A DNA stretch of 64,000 bases from an uncultured Actinomycetota bacterium (lineage in GTDB: Bacteria; Actinomycetota; Actinomycetes; JAHEKZ01): assembly GCA_963712425.1 (NCBI GenBank), contig CAVQHW010000004.1:216670-280669 (forward strand), written 5' to 3'. Under the pieces are notes generated by a model that had not been told where the DNA came from, did no database searches, and saw nothing but the letters and a program-made list of their open reading frames with translations. Below are positions 62,489 through 64,000 of the stretch, piece after piece. The translations under genes and the position numbers were made by a program. The stretch's first letter is position 1; each line of letters begins with the position of its first letter.

Positions 62489-63640
62489 CTACGAACTTTC
62501 GAGTAACGCCGCGGCGTGCCGCCCGGCGGCGGCCGCGCTTTGAAAGGCGGCGGTGTCGTCGTCGAGCCCGCGCCCCATCGTCGACAGGGCGACTGGAGTG
62601 GTCTCGAGTGCCTGCCTCAGGCCCTCGGTCGAGATGGTGACCAATCGGTGGGGCGGGCTGAGGGCTGACGCCTGTTGGCGTACGAGTGCTCCCAGCTCGC
62701 CGTCGAGCTCAGGGACGGGGATGTCGGCAGCGTGAGCGGCGACGCGCCCGTATGCGGTGAGCGAATGGTGCGAGACGCCGTAGTGACGTTGGCGTTGGTC
62801 AGCTTCAGACAGTCGCAGACTCGCCACCGGGCGACCCCTCAGCACGGCAGCGGCATTGATCGCCTCGCCTGCGGCGACCCCGCTGAAGCCCCATCGCGTC
62901 CCGGTACCGAGATTGCCCGGTCCCTGGGCAACGACAGTGATGTCCGCACCAAGCACGAGCTTTGCGGCGAGCAGCCCGTTGTGGATGGTCACGGCCTCGA
63001 GGTCGCCTCCGAAGGTCTGCCCCACGGTCACAGAGCCAACGAGCCACCCGGCATCGCGCAGACCACGTACCGTCCGAGAGAACGCCAGGGGGAGTGCGCC
63101 ACCGTCGGTCGCCACGTAGGCGACGGTGGCGCTGGGCGCGGTGGCACGCACCCCGGCGATGATCGCCGGCAGCGAAGAGTGAAGGTCGGCCACAACGACC
63201 GGCATCGCGCCAAGGTCGTCGGCGTCCTTGAGAATCTCGTGGTGCGGTGAGTCCTGTTCGTCTACGCCGAGCACGGTCATCTGCAGTGGCGTGTACCTGG
63301 CTTTCACAAGATGCCCCGGACCCTGTGGATCGGGTGGCAACCGCTGTGGAATGCCGGCCACCAAGGCGTAGCCACCCGTACCGAGTTCGAGGTCGAGTGC
63401 TGTCACGTTGAGCAAGACCTCGTCGCCCACGGCGGGTTCGCCCACCACATCTGTGTAGGCCAGCGCTCGCACTTCGCTCGCCAGCTCGGAACCCTGGCCG
63501 TCTCGCAGGGCCACCCGCAGCTCGACGGCAGTGCTCCAACGTCGTCCGACCTCGACGACCTGCCCACTGCGCCACCGGATCACGGCGATCACTGTACGCA
63601 GCAGGTAGCGTCGGTCTCTCACGAACCTTTCCCTGCCCAC
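62489..63640 (-). CDS. DUF3866-family protein
   Basis: A 383-aa conserved actinobacterial family often found beside the pafABC region. Divergent from pafB with an 18-nt gap. Confidence 0.55.
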   Translation of the reverse strand: MGRERFVRDRRYLLRTVIAVIRWRSGQVVEVGRRWSTAVELRVALRDGQGSELASEVRALAYTDVVGEPAVGDEVLLNVTALDLELGTGGYALVAGIPQRLPPDPQGPGHLVKARYTPLQMTVLGVDEQDSPHHEILKDADDLGAMPVVVADLHSSLPAIIAGVRATAPSATVAYVATDGGALPLAFSRTVRGLRDAGWLVGSVTVGQTFGGDLEAVTIHNGLLAAKLVLGADITVVAQGPGNLGTGTRWGFSGVAAGEAINAAAVLRGRPVASLRLSEADQRQRHYGVSHHSLTAYGRVAAHAADIPVPELDGELGALVRQQASALSPPHRLVTISTEGLRQALETTPVALSTMGRGLDDDTAAFQSAAAAGRHAAALLESS

Positions 63641-63657
63641 CTTCGATCGAGAGGCTC

Positions 63658-64000
63658 ATGGCCAACCCACGTACCGAGCGCCTGCTCAACCTGGTGATCT
63701 GCCTCTTGGCGGCCACGAGGTTTGTCAGCAAAGAGCAGATCCGCACCGCGGTCCCGCAGTACGGCGACTGCGCGACGACCGAGGCCTTTGAGCGAATGTT
63801 TGAGCGCGACAAAGACGATCTGCGCGAGATGGGAATCCCCCTGGAGACGGGGTCAAACGACAGCTTCTTCGAGGATGAGCTCGGTTACCGCATCCCCAAA
63901 GACTCCTATGCGTTGCCCGAGATCTCATTCGACTCAGAAGAGCTCGCTGTCCTGGGGCTAGCCGCGCGCACGTGGCAGCACGCGACCCTGTCTGGGCCAG
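63658..64000 (+). CDS. pafB: PafB-like WYL-domain transcriptional regulator; 3' end truncated by the window edge
   Basis: N-terminal HTH (MANPRTERLLNLVICLLAATRFVSKEQIRTAVPQYGD...FERMFERDKDDLREMGIPLE). The frame is open to the end of the window. Confidence 0.75.
   Translation, partial: MANPRTERLLNLVICLLAATRFVSKEQIRTAVPQYGDCATTEAFERMFERDKDDLREMGIPLETGSNDSFFEDELGYRIPKDSYALPEISFDSEELAVLGLAARTWQHATLSGP

Noticed and set aside
62805-63812. A 335-aa minus-strand ORF, strongly Arg-rich
   Set aside because: It is antisense to the DUF3866 and pafB genes, has no motifs, and spans a divergent promoter region.

Overview
This is a 64 kb, roughly 70% GC segment of what looks like an actinobacterial core chromosome. 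Gene order matches several conserved Mycobacterium/Streptomyces blocks.

Conserved blocks, in order:
(1) A suf Fe-S cluster operon, sufR(partial)-sufB-sufD-Rieske-sufC-sufS-sufU-sufT, at 1-6.5 kb.
(2) An ABC-F ATPase, a small HTH protein and an ABC exporter.
(3) A short-chain dehydrogenase (SDR), SURF1, divergent moaA, DUF3099, dodecin and a pmbA/tldD pair.
(4) mabA(fabG1)-inhA followed by a translationally coupled SixA-like phosphatase, then serB.
(5) From 20 to 36 kb, a less conserved stretch: ABC ATPase, moeA, nfeD-SPFH, a coiled-coil lytic transglycosylase, TauE, a SpoU methylase, an amidohydrolase, an ABM monooxygenase, NlpC/P60, a beta-lactamase-like hydrolase, cspA, and an operon of oxidoreductases and hydrolases. 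Six of these genes carry eight apparent frameshifts.
(6) purU, TetR, GNAT, tRNA-Leu(GAG), an M20 peptidase, an aldo/keto reductase (AKR) and uppP.
(7) A block like Rv2135c-Rv2130c ending in mshC, then PAC2, HAD, a MacB-type ABC pair, an Rv2119-like nuclease, an M50-CBS protease and trmI.
(8) The complete Pup-proteasome locus arc-dop-pup(GGE)-prcB-prcA-pafA, two FKBP isomerases, DUF3866 and the start of pafB.

I found no CRISPR array, integrase or transposase.

The two observations most worth a second look are the frameshift cluster and a 425-aa protein that fuses a peptidase-S51-like domain to a CysRS-type anticodon-binding C-terminus. That protein sits in a four-gene minus-strand operon with oxidoreductases and a hydrolase.
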